DNA of 64,000 nucleotides from Welwitschia mirabilis (taxonomy: Eukaryota), in contig JBOZIK010000001.1 of the NCBI GenBank assembly GCA_051453625.1, positions 47,578,508 to 47,642,507 of the forward strand. The letters run 5' to 3'. Made by a program: the position numbers and the translations under genes. Position 1 is the stretch's first letter. Each line of letters starts with the position of its first letter. Positions 12,345-26,236 of this stretch are shown one piece after another. The notes below the pieces were generated by a model. It saw only the letters and a program-made list of their open reading frames with translations. It was not told the origin of the DNA and searched no databases.

Positions 12345-13584
12345 GTTTCATTATGTTTTTTTAGATTGTGCATAAACAAACTTGTCACATTTAAAAGCAC
12401 AAAAATGTTGTATATTCTAAATACTCTAAATGTGTATCAAATTTTGGCTTATCTTTTTTTTATCATTTGGTATCAACATAGGGGGAGAAAAATTCTTAAT
12501 ACTTCTGGCCGTATATCTAAGTTTTATATTTATTTATCATTGATGTCAAAGGAGAAGAGAAGATGTAGTGTTTTTTAAAAATTTTCAAAGTACTATTTTG
12601 AAGTATTTAATCAAAGGGGAAGAGAATAAGGGGATAAAATGATTGTTTCAGAAATGTTTTACTCTTTTGATTAAATGATTATATGCCTTGATGTAAGGGG
12701 GAGTCTTGATTTTAATATGTGCTTAAAATTATTTGATACATGAGATTAAAATTTTTCAAATTTTTGAAATCACTTATTTGTTTGCTATCAATGTCAAAGG
12801 AGGATATTGTTAGATTATATTTGCCAATTGATGTCAAACTAATATCTCTTGTGTAGTGCAAAATATTATATCTAATATTCACATGATATTGAGTTTTGCA
12901 GGTGAAATAATTAAATAAAAAATGTACTAAAAATCTACTAAGTAATGTTAACCTTCATAGGAGTCAACCAGATCCTAAAGGAGTCGACCACACCTGAAGT
13001 TATCACAAGAAAAATGGACTAAATCCAGAGGGGTCGATTGGATCCTAAAGGTATTAACTGCATTTAAAGCTATCACAACAAAAATGGACTAAACCCAGAG
13101 GGGTCAACTAGATTTTCATGGGGTCAACCAGACTTGAGGAACTAACATGTACTAGTCCCAGACTAAGAGGAAAGGGGTCAACTAGATTTTAATGGGGTTG
13201 ATCGGACCTGAGAAGCTAACAGATCATAGATCCAGATCAAGAGGCAAGGGGTTGACCAGACCCAAGATGGGGTCAACCGAACTCTCATGAGGTTGATCAA
13301 ATTTTTGTGGGGTCGACCAGACGACATGGAAAAGTAAAATATCTAAATGTTATGTATCCATTACATAGCTGTTACTTAATCATTTTCTAGCTGTTTATAG
13401 TTATTGGAGGTGCAATTCATTTGTAATAAACCTTAGTAGCCCTTCATTATAAATAGATATGCTATTTTTGACCTAGAGATTATTTTGGCATTATTTGTAT
13501 TTAGCATAATCATTGTGGATCTAAAAGATCAGGTTGTACTTTCATTGGTGTATCATTGTATTGCTTCACATCTGATTTAGAAGA
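12345..13584 (+). mobile_element. SIRE-like copia 3' region: multi-PPT leader plus LTR (starts 12808, cut by gap)
   Basis: Repeated TGATGT(C)AAAGGGGGAG-type tracts, then TGTTAGATTATATTTGCCAATTGATGTCAAAC matching 34521 and 42085, with GGGTCGACC repeats and a TATA. Confidence 0.9.
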
Positions 13585-13684
13585 NNNNNNNNNNNNNNNN
13601 NNNNNNNNNNNNNNNNNNNNNNNNNNNNNNNNNNNNNNNNNNNNNNNNNNNNNNNNNNNNNNNNNNNNNNNNNNNNNNNNNNNN

Positions 13685-16106
13685 TTAAGAGATTTTAGAA
13701 TATATTTTAAACAAGTCCCTATTTTTTGTGATAATACCAGGGATATTAATATTTCTAAAAATTTGGTTTAGCATTCAAGAATGAAGCATATTAAACTTAG
13801 ACACCATTTTCTTTGTGATCAAGTTAAAAAAGATCATATATCTATGAATTTTATTTCTATAGATCAATAATTAGTAGATATCTTTACTAAACCCCTAAAT
13901 TTTGATGCTTTTATTTGTCTTAGACACGAACTTGGGGTTTTTTCTTAGTCCTATCATTAAGTGTAGGGCAGTCAACCAAACATTGTATTCGGTCGACCAG
14001 TATAGGTTGGTTGATCAGTTTTTTACTTGGTCACCTAGTTTATTAAGAAGTTCTGTAGTAGCAGCAGCAACAGAACAAAAGACAACTATATCTTTTATCA
14101 TCTGATTTATTCTTTTGTTGTTTACATTAAATTTTTGAATATTTTGATAAATTATCTTATCTTATTCATGTGTGAACATTTTTGCATTTAAACATCATCA
14201 TCTCATGTGACATATTTTGTTTAATTTAAATAGTAATATTGTTATTTTATGTTACTTAATTATTACATTATATTGGTATTTTTAAGCTTGATATGTTTGA
14301 AAAAGAATCTCAATTAGAAATAAGTTAAATTTTTTTATGGAAATCTAATTATTGAATGTTTTCTAATCATATTTTTTCATTATCATTTAGTATTGTATTC
14401 TCAAAGAGTATCATTTAAATGTGTAATTCATAAGTGTTTTGATCATCATTTTTGATAAAATTGTATTTTCTCAAATTTGTGCATATTCAAAAATTTTATC
14501 TATTCAAAATGCCTAAAAGTGATTCAAAATTTTGTTTATCATTTGGTACCAACATAGGAGAATAGAATATGATTAATATTTATAGCCGTTTATCTAAATT
14601 TTATATTTATTTGCTATTGATGTAAAAGGGGGAGAGAGAATGGTAGTATGCTTACAAAAGTTTTTCTTAAGATATTAAGATATTAGGCTTTCAAATGTTT
14701 ATATTTTTTAGTCAAAGGAAGAGAAATGATTGTATTTTACTCTTTGATTGAATGTATATTTGCCTTGATGTAAGGGGGAGTTTTAATTTTTAAATATATA
14801 CTTAAAAGTATGTGGTGAATGAGCTTAAATTATTTAAATTTTTGAAATCACTAAATTATTTACTGATTATATTTGCCAATTGATGTCAAAATAATTTCTC
14901 TTGTGTAGTATAAATTATTACATATTGTGTGCAGATGAGATTGATTTTTGTAGGTGAAAGAATTGGATCAAAATGCATTAAAAAGACTACTCAGTTATGT
15001 TTACCTCTAGTGGGGGTCGACCAGTTTCTAAAGGGGTCAAATGCACCTAAAGAAGTCGCAAAGAAATAAATTAAACCCAGAGGGGTCAACTAAATTCTTA
15101 AGGGTTTAAATGACCTGCGATCTTAAGAACTAGTTTCCCTAAACCAAATGGAAAGGAGTCGACTGAATATTCATGGGGTTGATCAGATTTGAGAAACTAA
15201 TAGGTAATAGTTCCAAATCAAGAGGAAAGGGGTCCACCAGATTTTCATGGAATTGACCGGATCTTTATGGGGTCGACCAGATGGTGCAAAAAAGTAAAAG
15301 TTGTAAACATTATGTATCTGTTACCTAGCCGTTTTCTAGCTATTTATAGCTATTGGAGGCATAATTCATTTATAATAAACCTTAGTAATCCTTTATTATA
15401 AATAGCTAGACAATATTTTACCTAGAGATCTTTTTGACACCATTAAAATTCGGTATCACTATTATGGATCTAAAAGATCAGACTACATTTTTCATTGGCA
15501 CATAATTGAATTGATTCATATCTAATTAAAGAGATCTATACTTAGCAAAAGAACTAATCTCAGAATCAGATCTAAGAGCTTCATCATTATGATCTATTGG
15601 AGAAGAGCTCCATTTATTATACTGCTATAGAATGTGTGATATCTGAGTAATCAAGGCATCATTACATCACATCCATTGTCTTCAAAGGTTGAGACTTATC
15701 CTACAAAAGTTCATTATTAAGGTTGAGACTTAACCTATAAAAGTACATTATTAAGGTTGAAACTTAACCTGTAAAAGTCCACTTGTAAGGGTTACAGATG
15801 AACCTGGGAAAACCTGTGGAGTAACAGAGATCTAAGACAAAGCTTGGGAGAAGCTGATCATTAAGAGTGGAGTAGGGGAGTTCCCGAACCACTATAAATC
15901 TAGCATGCATCACAAATGGTAGTTTATGCTTTTCTATTTTTTGATTCTTTACTTTTAATTTCCATTTTATTTTTGTATGCATAATTCTTGATTTCATTAT
16001 TTTCATATGTAAACTGTCCTTAGATAGATTTAATTTTATTTTGGATATAAGTTTGTAAAAGAACCTATTCACCCCCCCTCCCCATCTAGGATTCTCGATC
16101 CTATCA
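13685..16106 (+). mobile_element. SIRE-like copia 3' end: RNase H end, 3' leader, 3' LTR (~14865-16106)
   Basis: VPIFCDN..KHIKLRHHF..LVDIFTKPL; colinear with 40900-43315; LTR ends CCTATTCACCCCCCC...GATCCTATCA. The terminal PPT and first LTR bases are deleted. Confidence 0.9.
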
Positions 16107-16109
16107 TAT

Positions 16110-17130
16110 TGTAGATTGAATGTTACATGTAAATGATATTTTCTCTTATTGAAAGGATTTAGAAGATTATTTTCAAAGAAGGAAGTAAATATTTATTATT
16201 CCTTATAAATCTTAATTACATAAAAGTTTGAGATCAAAAATGAAATTCTTGAAGATTTGTCTTAAAAGAAGGATGCAAAACCTTATCTAAAAGGTGTTTT
16301 TATGTAGTTTGAAGGTAGTTTTTGTAGTAGTTACATGAGAGATGTCTCCAAAAGATCATAAACATCTTTTATCTTTGAAAAAGATGTCTTTCAAACTCAT
16401 AGAAACATCTAAGAACTACATATATACCTTTAGAAGGTAAAGTCATCTACTTTGAATAGGAGGACTTGCATGAAAGATGTCTTTCAAACCAAAGATATGT
16501 CTAATAAGTATAGATACATCTACAAAATCCATAGATGTTTATTATTAAATAACTTAACTTTCAAGAGAGGACTTCTTCAGCATTGAAGCATCTATAAGTC
16601 TCAAATAGATCTTCAAAACTACAAAGACGTCTTCTATCAATGGGTCTCATTCTATGAAGGAACCTTTAATAGTAGAGATGTCTATGCATGATAAAGATGT
16701 CTTTAATACTAGTGAAATCTATAGTTGATCCACCAAGATTCTACTAACATAATATTAATGAGTGCATATGTAAGGAGTCGTCAAAACAAAAAGTCAACAT
16801 AAGAGAAATAGCTAGATTTAATCCTATAATAAGGTTAGCTAGAGGGAAAAAAAAGTAAAGAAACTAAAACAAAGTTTTAGAATTTATTAAGACTTGTTTG
16901 ATTTAATTCTAGGTAGAATTTTAGCTTTATTGCAACTAGAAGCATATTGTAACTCTTGTAATGAGCTTATACTAAAGGAGAATATGCTTTCAAGTAATGC
17001 CCATTAAGTGTACATAGATTTGAAGAATTTATTTATTCCTTTCCTTCCATCTTAAACACCAAATAATAGTAAGGAGGGATTGCCAAGCATGTCATTTTTC
17101 CTAATTATTAATTATCCATCTCAAAAATTT
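16110..17130 (+). repeat. Probable LTR of another family with internal AGATGTCT/AGACATCT repeats
   Basis: Many dispersed AGATGTCT-type motifs at 16340-16710, TATA-like box ~16825, and local inverted similarity to ~47600-47630. Confidence 0.35.
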
Positions 17131-17149
17131 TAAAAATTTCTTAGTTGAC

Positions 17150-20100
17150 CTTCTTAGAATGGCTATCTTTGAGATGTTGGTAAATTTAAAATTTTAAAAA
17201 AGTTGTTACAAAATCACAAGTTATTATAAGATGATATATTATTTTTTTTTGCAAAGCAAAAAACATGCAACAGATCTATGGTAATTCCCATTTAATTAAG
17301 AAGATCTTTAGTTAATTATCTTATCCTATTTTTCTTATTAAAAAATAGCTTAATATTTGAAGTTAAAAGGGATAGTTACCAATTCTTAAAAATAGGTTAT
17401 TAGATACAAAGTGTTGTAGATTTAAGAAGTGGAGTAACTGGAGCCATTTCACTATGGTTTATTGTCTTCTAAATTGAAATGCATTAGAAACCAATCTTTG
17501 ATTTCTTTAAAGCCTCTCCAAATATAAAAAGCATTAATTGGTATTAGATAATCTATAAAACTGATCCCTCCATAGAGATATTTGGATTTCATCACTAATA
17601 TCCAAGGTTTATGCTAAGTGTGCATATGCCATACTAATTTTCCAAGAAGCAATTATGAAAAGTCAATAATTGTTTTCCAATCAAAAAGACAAAAAAGATA
17701 CACAAGCCAACAAGTGCTTAATACTTGATCCTCCCATACTTCTATCTTGGTAGATATCATTCCATGAAAGAGTGTGTAGCTTTCTTTAAACAAAAGAATT
17801 CTAGACAATGCTTCTTTCTGTTTTCTTCAATTTAAGATAAGACCACCATAGATATTTCAAAGTAGCTTATGAGATATATTGGTAGAGTTTGTAAATAGAA
17901 TTTAGCTAGCTAGATTTTTGTCACTTGATATAGAAGTTTTCATTTCCAACCAATTAGTCTGTGATTAAATTTTGATAGAAAGTCATTCTAATAATTTTTA
18001 TTCATTTTGGTATAAAACAATGGAATATCTAGATATTTCATTGGAAGATTATTTACTAATAATTAATAATTCTTTCAAAATTAATTTCCTCATTATGGTC
18101 TATGTAAAAAATAAATTACTTTATTTTTTGATAATTTATTTTGAGTTCCCTTTCTACTAAAAAGTCCTTTAAAATATCTTTTTAGTTCTAAATTTTTTGT
18201 AGTTCTTATTTAAAAAAAAGAAAATAATAATTCACAAATTGAATATGGGTGAATAATCCATAATTCAAAATCTAGATTAGTTCGCTTTAAAATACCTTGA
18301 GTGCTAATTTCTTCAAGTAACATTTCAAAACCTTTTAGTGCTATGATAAATAAGTATGGTGCTAAGGGATAACATTGTCTAGGATCATTTGCAAGAGTGA
18401 ATACCTTAGATGTATAATCATTAAATGTGCTTATAAAAAAAGAATGCTTGAGAAGTAGTTTTGGAGATTCCAAATTCAATGGTTGGGGAAATTGAAGACT
18501 TTAAGAGTTTTTTCCATGTAAGATCAAATAACCTTATCAAAATCTTTAATAAGTTTAGCTTAAAAGTAACATTTGAAGTTTTTTAAAGCATAACCAAATG
18601 GATGATTTTCTGCATTAATAAAATATGACTCATGATAGATATACCTCTCATGAAACCTTTTTATTTAGATGAGACTATATAGGATAGATATGTTTAATAT
18701 TAAGTTAGAAATTTATATAACAGTTCATAAATAACTATGCATAAATTAGTTGGTCTATAGTTTGAAATAGAAATTGGATCCACCGTTTTTGGAATCAAAA
18801 GAATCCATGTTTTATTGAAAAAAAAACTATTTTACCATTCAAGTATAATTTTTAAATCATATTGATTAGATCATTATGAATAACCTTTTAGAAGAATTTG
18901 AAAAATTCTATTATAAAGTCATTTAATCCTAGAGTTTTATTACTAGTGAAAGAGTACACTACCTTATGAATTATCTTTCTTATTATTTTCAAGTTAGTTA
19001 AGTGATGTAGTTAGATTTTTATTGAGGTTTTAGAAATAAAGATATCTCTCTTTGATGAGTTTGATTGAGGCCTTATAGGTAAAAGACCTTTTTAGTATTC
19101 TAATTCCATATTCATCATTTGATTTTGATCAATTTTTTGAGTGCCATTATCATCCAATAGATCTTTTATTTGATATTAGAAGCATCTAACTAAAGCATAG
19201 ATGTGAAACATTTGGAATTTTCATCTCTAAAACTTTGTCTATTTTATTTTTTATTGAGTAGTGAAGAAGAGCTTCTCATTTTATTGAATCAGATGGAACT
19301 TTCAAAGAGCATTTATTTATTTTTGCTTGAGGTTTTCTATTTTTCATTTTAATGGAATTGTAGTTTAAATTTGATTGATTTCATTCATCCAATCTTTCTT
19401 TTAACTAGACTATGATTTTTTGTGTTTTGACCAAATCAATGATAATTTTTCTTCAAATTTCTTTCAATTTACAAAATATTCTAAATAAAGCATAGCCTTC
19501 ATAGGGTATCTTCTAAATCACTTTCACTACATCCATAATTTCAGGTTTCCAAAACCATGTTTATTCCCACCTAAAAGTTCTTGGAGACTTTTGTAATTGA
19601 CATATGTTAAGCAATAAAGACCAATGATTTGATTAGGCTTTTAGAAGTTTGCAAGCATGATAATCTTGAAATTTACTGAACCATAAGTTAGAGTACATGA
19701 AACAGTCTAATCTACAATAGTATATAGCATCATTTGATTCTATAATTATTCCAAGTATCAGTGTATTTTGGAATAGGAATGTCAATAGAGTCCACTAATT
19801 TAATAGCATTGAAGATAGCCTTAGTTTTTTCGTTCCTCTAGGAATTCCCACCTTTCTTTTCTTATGTAACTAATATATTATTAAAGTCACTAATAATGAG
19901 GAAGGGAAGATGTTGCTACATTAGAAAATAGGCAAAATCTTGCCAAACCTAAACTTTATTTTCCTAAGTCACTAAGGTTTATAGATTGATTAAGAGCTAA
20001 GGACCAAGGAGATCAAAGTGAATCATAGTAAAGATTTTTAAACTATAAATAAAATGAACTAGAGAAAAGCCATTCCAAATTATCCATATACCGCCTAAGC

Positions 20101-21350
20101 ATCTCTTTGATTCCTTAACAACAAAGCCACAATTATGCAAGAGCTCTTTCATGGTTTAAATGCCATGTAATACTAAGTTTTAAATCACACCATTGAAATT
20201 TAATGGTGTTTTGTTGTGAGAGGTTATTACAACCCCTTAGATTCCATATGCAAAGCCTTATTATGAAAAGAGAAATGAGGCTCCTCCTAGGTACTTATTT
20301 ACATTGTTCTTGACTCCTTATCCTATATTCACAACTTTGGTAGCTTTAGTCTCCTCCTTCTCTAAAACAATCTCTCACTTCTCTTTAGCAATTTTGGTGT
20401 TTCACTTTTTTAGAGCTTTTGGTTCTTGAAACTTTGTTTTATCTAAGTCTTGTATCTTTGTAATAAAATGGCTTTTAAATGCCTTATCACTAAAATGCTC
20501 TCAATCTTGCTGCTATTTTGCATCCTCCTTGTCCTCTTGTTCTATATTATTTAGGATTTTATGGTTTTTACTCCTTAGAAATTGTGCCTTAGGTGAAGAT
20601 TATATTTAGTTGATGAGGTTTTAGTTATCTTCCATGTGAGTGGCTATCTTTGATTCCAACTCTTATAACTTAAAAGGCGTTATGAGAAATGCTATTTATT
20701 TAAAAATCATTTCAATGATTGTCATTTAGCTAGATTCCTTTCAAATGGGAAAATCCTTAACTTGATTTGTGTGGAGGCATATTGATAGATCTTTGCATTA
20801 ATTATTTTTAAATTCAACCATATTCCAATATAAAACTTAAATAAAGGGTTTAAGATTAACATGTAGGATTTTAAACAATTAGAAGTTAGCATCCAAAGTT
20901 TTTAAAGTAAGCCATACACCCTCCATCCTTAGATGTCCTGCTAGGTCCATTGGAGATCTTAAGGGATTCAAGGTCAGAAATTCTATTTATTTGCATTGAA
21001 TTCATCTATATTTTCAAAGAATTGTAAGCATTAGACTCATGACTTGAAGTAAAGAAGGCATTTCTAATCCTATAAAGCTCTACTCATAATGTGATATCCC
21101 TAAGACTTTAATAGTTATTTTGTTTTTTAAACATTTAACCTTTGGTTAGACAAACCCATCAAGACCGAGGGAAAAATTCTTTGCCACCCTTCCCATACCT
21201 AGTTCACTAAAGAAAATATTAGATCTAATATTTTGTGGAGAGATTTATATATATTTGCTTCTAAATTAGGTGTAAAGTATCAATCCCTTTTACAAAAGGG
21301 CTAGGATTTTTATCTTTTTAATTCCTAATGACTTCCTCCATCTTATATTA
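17150..21350 (-). mobile_element. Degenerate L1-clade LINE (ORF1 remnant and ORF2 EN-RT)
   Basis: Minus strand: IWNLRG (~20250), SDFN (~19885), RLD (~19710), SNH (~19630), KTLGLND (~18930), KDFDK (~18540), RQCYPLAPYLF (~18370). Confidence 0.85.
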
Positions 21351-21549
21351 TGTAAGGTCAGATTTAATTGTTATTCTTTTTAATTATATTATTATTTATA
21401 AATTATCGTAATATTTTAGTTTAATAATTTTATTGACTTAATATAATAAGATCACTCTGGTAAATTAATATTCAAAAAAGAGAAACAACATCTAACATAG
21501 AATAAACTATGTTTAATTTCTAATAGTTTCTTACATTTAATCAACTTCA

Positions 21550-21765
21550 TTTTTTTAATTTTTTTCGATGAGTACGATATCTTACTACTACATGAAAGCA
21601 TTTGTCATATTTTATAGGGCTACATTTGTGCCCATCAAACAAGGATTATGTAAGATTTGGTTGGGGCAAACCACATAACATGTAGCTTCTGTAGGACTTT
21701 AACTCCTAACTATAAAGAAATCACTTAGTGGATTTAACCACATAAGGCCCTTGCCCAACTTCACG
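21550..21765 (-). repeat. Possible degenerate tRNA-derived SINE
   Basis: Minus strand A-box-like GGCCTTATGTGGTTAA, B-box-like GGAGTTAAAAGTCC about 30 nt later, and an A-rich tail near 21550-21566. Confidence 0.25.
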
Positions 21766-23349
21766 ATATTAGGAATAAAGAAAATATTTAAAGCTAAACT
21801 TTTTAAAAATATTATTTTCCACTACTAAAGGAAAATAATATATATCAATATAGAAAGTTTTTAAAAAATAATAACAAAACAACAAGAATGAGACACTTAT
21901 TGTTATCACTATCCATATAATCATGGCATGTGTCTTTATTGCTATCACCATTAGCATTACTATCCTATTTTTTTCCCCTCATTTTTAAATGCCAGTGACA
22001 CTCAATTAAGATCTAACGTTGTATTTTATTGCATTTGTCATTTACCGCTGAGACAAGTGGTATCATGTGATTGCATAAAACAAAGAGAAATATGCTTTTT
22101 TCAGAAATAAGTCGTGGCTTAGACAAAAGCAAATGAGATGGAAACTTTTAACGGATGATTATTAAGCACATGCTTAAAAAGTAAACATTACAGATAACAT
22201 TTATTATAGAAGGGAGCAGGCTAAATAGCCTTCTATCTTATATTAAATGAGGTGTATAAATGAAATGCAAACCACAATTCTAAAATGTGTATGTGACATG
22301 TCATCACCTCAATGCACGTAGTACACAAATTTAATGGGACTAGGGAGGCAGTTTAGCTTCTTTGTTATAGAAGTAAAACACAAACATGATAAAGTGGCAT
22401 TCCCAAAATGGATATGACTAGTGCTCAATTCTCTATTCTATTTTTTGTGAATCTTTCATTCCATGGTGCCAGTGACTTAATAGATATTTCTTTTTCTTTT
22501 CTCATGAGCAAGCAATCAGTCCACATACATGATTTACCTATTTTTGTCCATTATAACTTCTTCTCTCCAACATGTCCGGATACTTGATGAATAATGTGAG
22601 TACAAAGTAATACTCTATTTTAACATTTTTGAAATTAGAAATAAATAAAAAACTAAAAAATAATTGAATAATAAAATGTAACATAACATAATTAGATACC
22701 ATTATATTAATCTAATGAAACAATATAACAATAAAATTACTAATAAATAAATAATTCCTTCAATTATGATAAAATTAATGAGTAATATGTAGTAACACTA
22801 AAATAATAATTCTAAACTAATATTAATAGAATAAAGAGAAATCTACATATAACTTAAAATGGAAGTTATTATCTCATAAAGATAGTTATGTATATAAAAA
22901 TAAGAGTTATAATATTATGTAAAATACATAATAATATACACATTACAAAATAAAATATTATACATAGAAAGAAAAACAACATTCAATTAACATAAATAAT
23001 AATACACAAGTTGAAATTATTAGCACTAATAGAGACTTAGGATTGAACTGCACTCCACATCATAAAGGGAATTAATGTATATCGCAAAGAGTATATAATG
23101 GCAGGAAGGCATAGTATGGAATGATATATAAATACAAGAAACTTATTGAAAAAAAAAGACATGAATTACCTAAAGATATTTGTTCAAGGTGATTGTAAAT
23201 TCAACTATTTTATATAGATGTATAGTTTGGGGACTAAGATTGTCCAGAATAAGATGGAAGAAGATAGAGAAGTTGAGAAATAACTTTGCTTTTTTTGTTT
23301 TTTCCAACTCATATGAATTTAATGTTAAAATCCAACTTAGATGTTATGT

Positions 23350-24850
23350 TTAGAGTCAAAGATGCTACCTTTGGAAGATAAGGAGTTTCTTTCCCTTTTC
23401 CCTAACTCAAGATAGAGTAACAAGTCTAAATTTTTAAAATAGCTACTTACAAGCACTAAGTAGAAGGGATGGTATTAAGATGGAAAGATAAGGCTACATA
23501 GATACTAAAATATCTAGGATCTAGGAAAAATAACAAATTTTGACTAGGCTCATAATATGGTAAAATAAAATGCTATAAAATAGTAACAAAAGAGAGCATA
23601 TCAGAAAAAGAAAATTCTATTTCATATTAAGTGTTTTTGAGGAGGAAAACTAAAGGAGAGAATAAAATACCTCAATGCAATAATTTTGTTGAAAATGTAA
23701 ACATTTATTTCAAAAATTAAACTAGAATACTATTATCTGAAAATCAAATAAAATAGATGGAATAATATAACACAAGAGGGTTAAACATGTAAACCTTATT
23801 TACTTCAAGTTATAGAAGATGAACTTCACAATTTCCTAGAGTGTTGTTATACTATACTTTTTAGAAGTAAATGAAATATTAATAGTGCAATGTTATATGA
23901 ATTATTTTCCTACCGCCATTAGTATCAAGACAATTTCTAAAGATGTGTTTAAATTACATGAGTTTTTTATACATTTTATGCATGGAGTGGATGTGTACTT
24001 TTTAACTTTGAGAGACTCTATTAAGTCTACCTATATGTAATGAAATATAGTTTTGATTTCAATCTCAACCACAAAAAAAAATATGATGAATGAATATAAC
24101 AACAATAAAAGTAATAAAATACCACATACTGAGTTTATTAATAATACTAATAAATAAAAAAATGAATTTGAATTTGAGATTTTATTGCATGTATAGGTTA
24201 TAAAAAAGACAAAAAATTCAAAGGAAAGCTCAATAAAATTAGCACATAAATATGGCTATGAATGAAGAGTTAGACTATGAAAAGAAGTAGTAATACTTGG
24301 ACCATCAAAATTATAACATTAATGTAATCAGTATAGGAATACTATAGTGGAAGGATTATCAAGAACGTAGTTTACAATATGTTATATATTTTAACTTTTA
24401 AAAGGACACGTTCACAATTCATATTAAAAGAATTGATGTATTTAACTTCAAAATTATTAAATAAGAGTTGTCATTATTTCTGGAATAATTTATGCTTTAA
24501 AGAACTATGAAGAATTAGAACGAATTACAAGTCTTATTTCAAGAATCACCATTATTTCCCAAGTTATCTAAGTTTTAAGAAACTCTAAAGAGATATAAAA
24601 TAAAGAACTAGATTATTCTGAAAATCAATATTATTTTCTAAATTTATTACGATAATTGAAAAGTTAAGAAGATTATTTTAGAAATTGGGTCACACTATTT
24701 AAGGATCAAAGTGGTAATAGAAGTGGATTTACAACTTAAGTTGGCAACTAGAAGATCTTACCTACTAATATCCTTTATTTCTAGTTATGGAAAAACTAGC
24801 ATCAACTGAAAAGTTTAATAAATAAAATCCAACATATTGGTATGTAAAAA
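23350..24850 (+). pseudogene. Two degenerate LINE ORF1 (DUF4283-like) segments
   Basis: ~23692 KM*TFISKIKLEYYY..VIEDELHNFL. ~24608 LDYSENQ.. then GSHYLRIKVVIEVDLQLKL (cf. RVxVEIDLxKPL). Confidence 0.4.
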
Positions 24851-24851
24851 A

Positions 24852-25329
24852 TGTTAGTATGTAAAAGAGGATAAAGTGAAGATGAAATAAATACAAATAT
24901 TAAACAATAACAAAAAATAACATAGAGATTTATGTGATTCAAACATAATGTAGGACCTACTCCATGGGAGAACAATGTAAAGATTTTTCTTTGTTATCAA
25001 TGAAGACTAAAAAACTGATAAGAAAAATCACAGCTCTAAATAGGGAAAAAAAAGGAGGGGAAAAGGGGGAAAAAAAAAAGGAAGATTCTTCTTCACTCTT
25101 CTCATGTCAATCTCTCTCATAGTTTATCCAATACATAAAACCATATCTCAACTCATAATGAATTTACAAGGCTTACATTTATATAAATGTATCACAACTA
25201 GTAGATTACTTTATAAAAACTTAATGATTTAGATTAAATCAACAAGAAAGAAAAGTAAAACCAATGCATAATATAACATGTATTACAAAGAGTTTATGTG
25301 GCATAATGATTTGACTTCACATAACAACA
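24852..25329 (-). mobile_element. 3' LTR of Tork/TNT1-like copia
   Basis: TGTT...AACA termini; reverse complement of the CCCGTGG..GTAGG...GAACCACGTAAATCTCTGTG-type LTR motif at ~24920-24970; PPT-like tract at 25330-25345. Confidence 0.7.
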
Positions 25330-26235
25330 ATATCCCACATGAAGAATAATTAGATAATCCTCACCCAAATTGTTATAAGAGGTGTATTACTCTCTAAGAT
25401 CTTCTTATTACATCTCTTTTATCTTAGGATTTTTTATTTACATTTAATGCTTATTTATAGAAATGGATTTTTTAACATATTAGCTAAGTTCTCCTAACTA
25501 TTAATCTTTTCAACTTGATATATCTCCATGTTTAAGGGTTAATATAATAAAATGATATCAAACCTTTATGTGTTTTATTTCAAAGTAATAAGCTGAATCC
25601 CTTGTAAAGCATATGACACTTTCATTATTACAATGCCCAACATATATCTTATGATTCATTCCAAACTAATGTAGCAATCTTTTCAATCAAATAATCTCCT
25701 TGGTTGCTTTTGCCAACATGACATTCTCATTTCCAATTAATGACAAGGAAACAATATCTAATTACATAGATACCTAGCTAAATTATCACAAAAAAGTAAA
25801 AATATAATTATAAGTAGATTTCTTATTGTCATTGTAACTTGCATAATCTGAATCAATGAATCCAACACCTCTAATAGTGAACTTCTAAAATATAAATAGA
25901 AATTATATGTTCACTTTAAATATCAAAGAATTCACTTCACTTCTTACTAATGATCCCATTCAAGATCACAAATGTAATGGGAAATAACTCTTATAGAGTA
26001 GAAAATAATTGGTTTAATTCATACCATTGCAAACATCAAACTACTTTAGCTGAAGTATAAGGTACATCTTTTATTTTACTTTAATCTACGTCATTTATTG
26101 AAGAATCATTATCAAATAATTTAAAATGTGTAGCTATGGTTGTGGAAAAAGACTTATGAGGAAACATGTTAAAGTCCTTAAGATATTTGGTGGAAAACTA
26201 ATTAAACATTTGATATTTTAGAAATTTAATTTATT
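25330..26235 (-). mobile_element. Tork-like copia RT C-terminus and RNase H
   Basis: FSTTIATHFKL, DVPYTSA..SLMFAMV, VGFIDSDYASYNDNKKSTYNYIFT. Confidence 0.8.
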
Positions 26236-26236
26236 T

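Noticed and set aside
12960..13320. Regularly spaced palindromic repeats resembling a CRISPR array
   Set aside because: Part of the SIRE LTR, reproduced colinearly in four LTRs; eukaryotic context with no cas genes.
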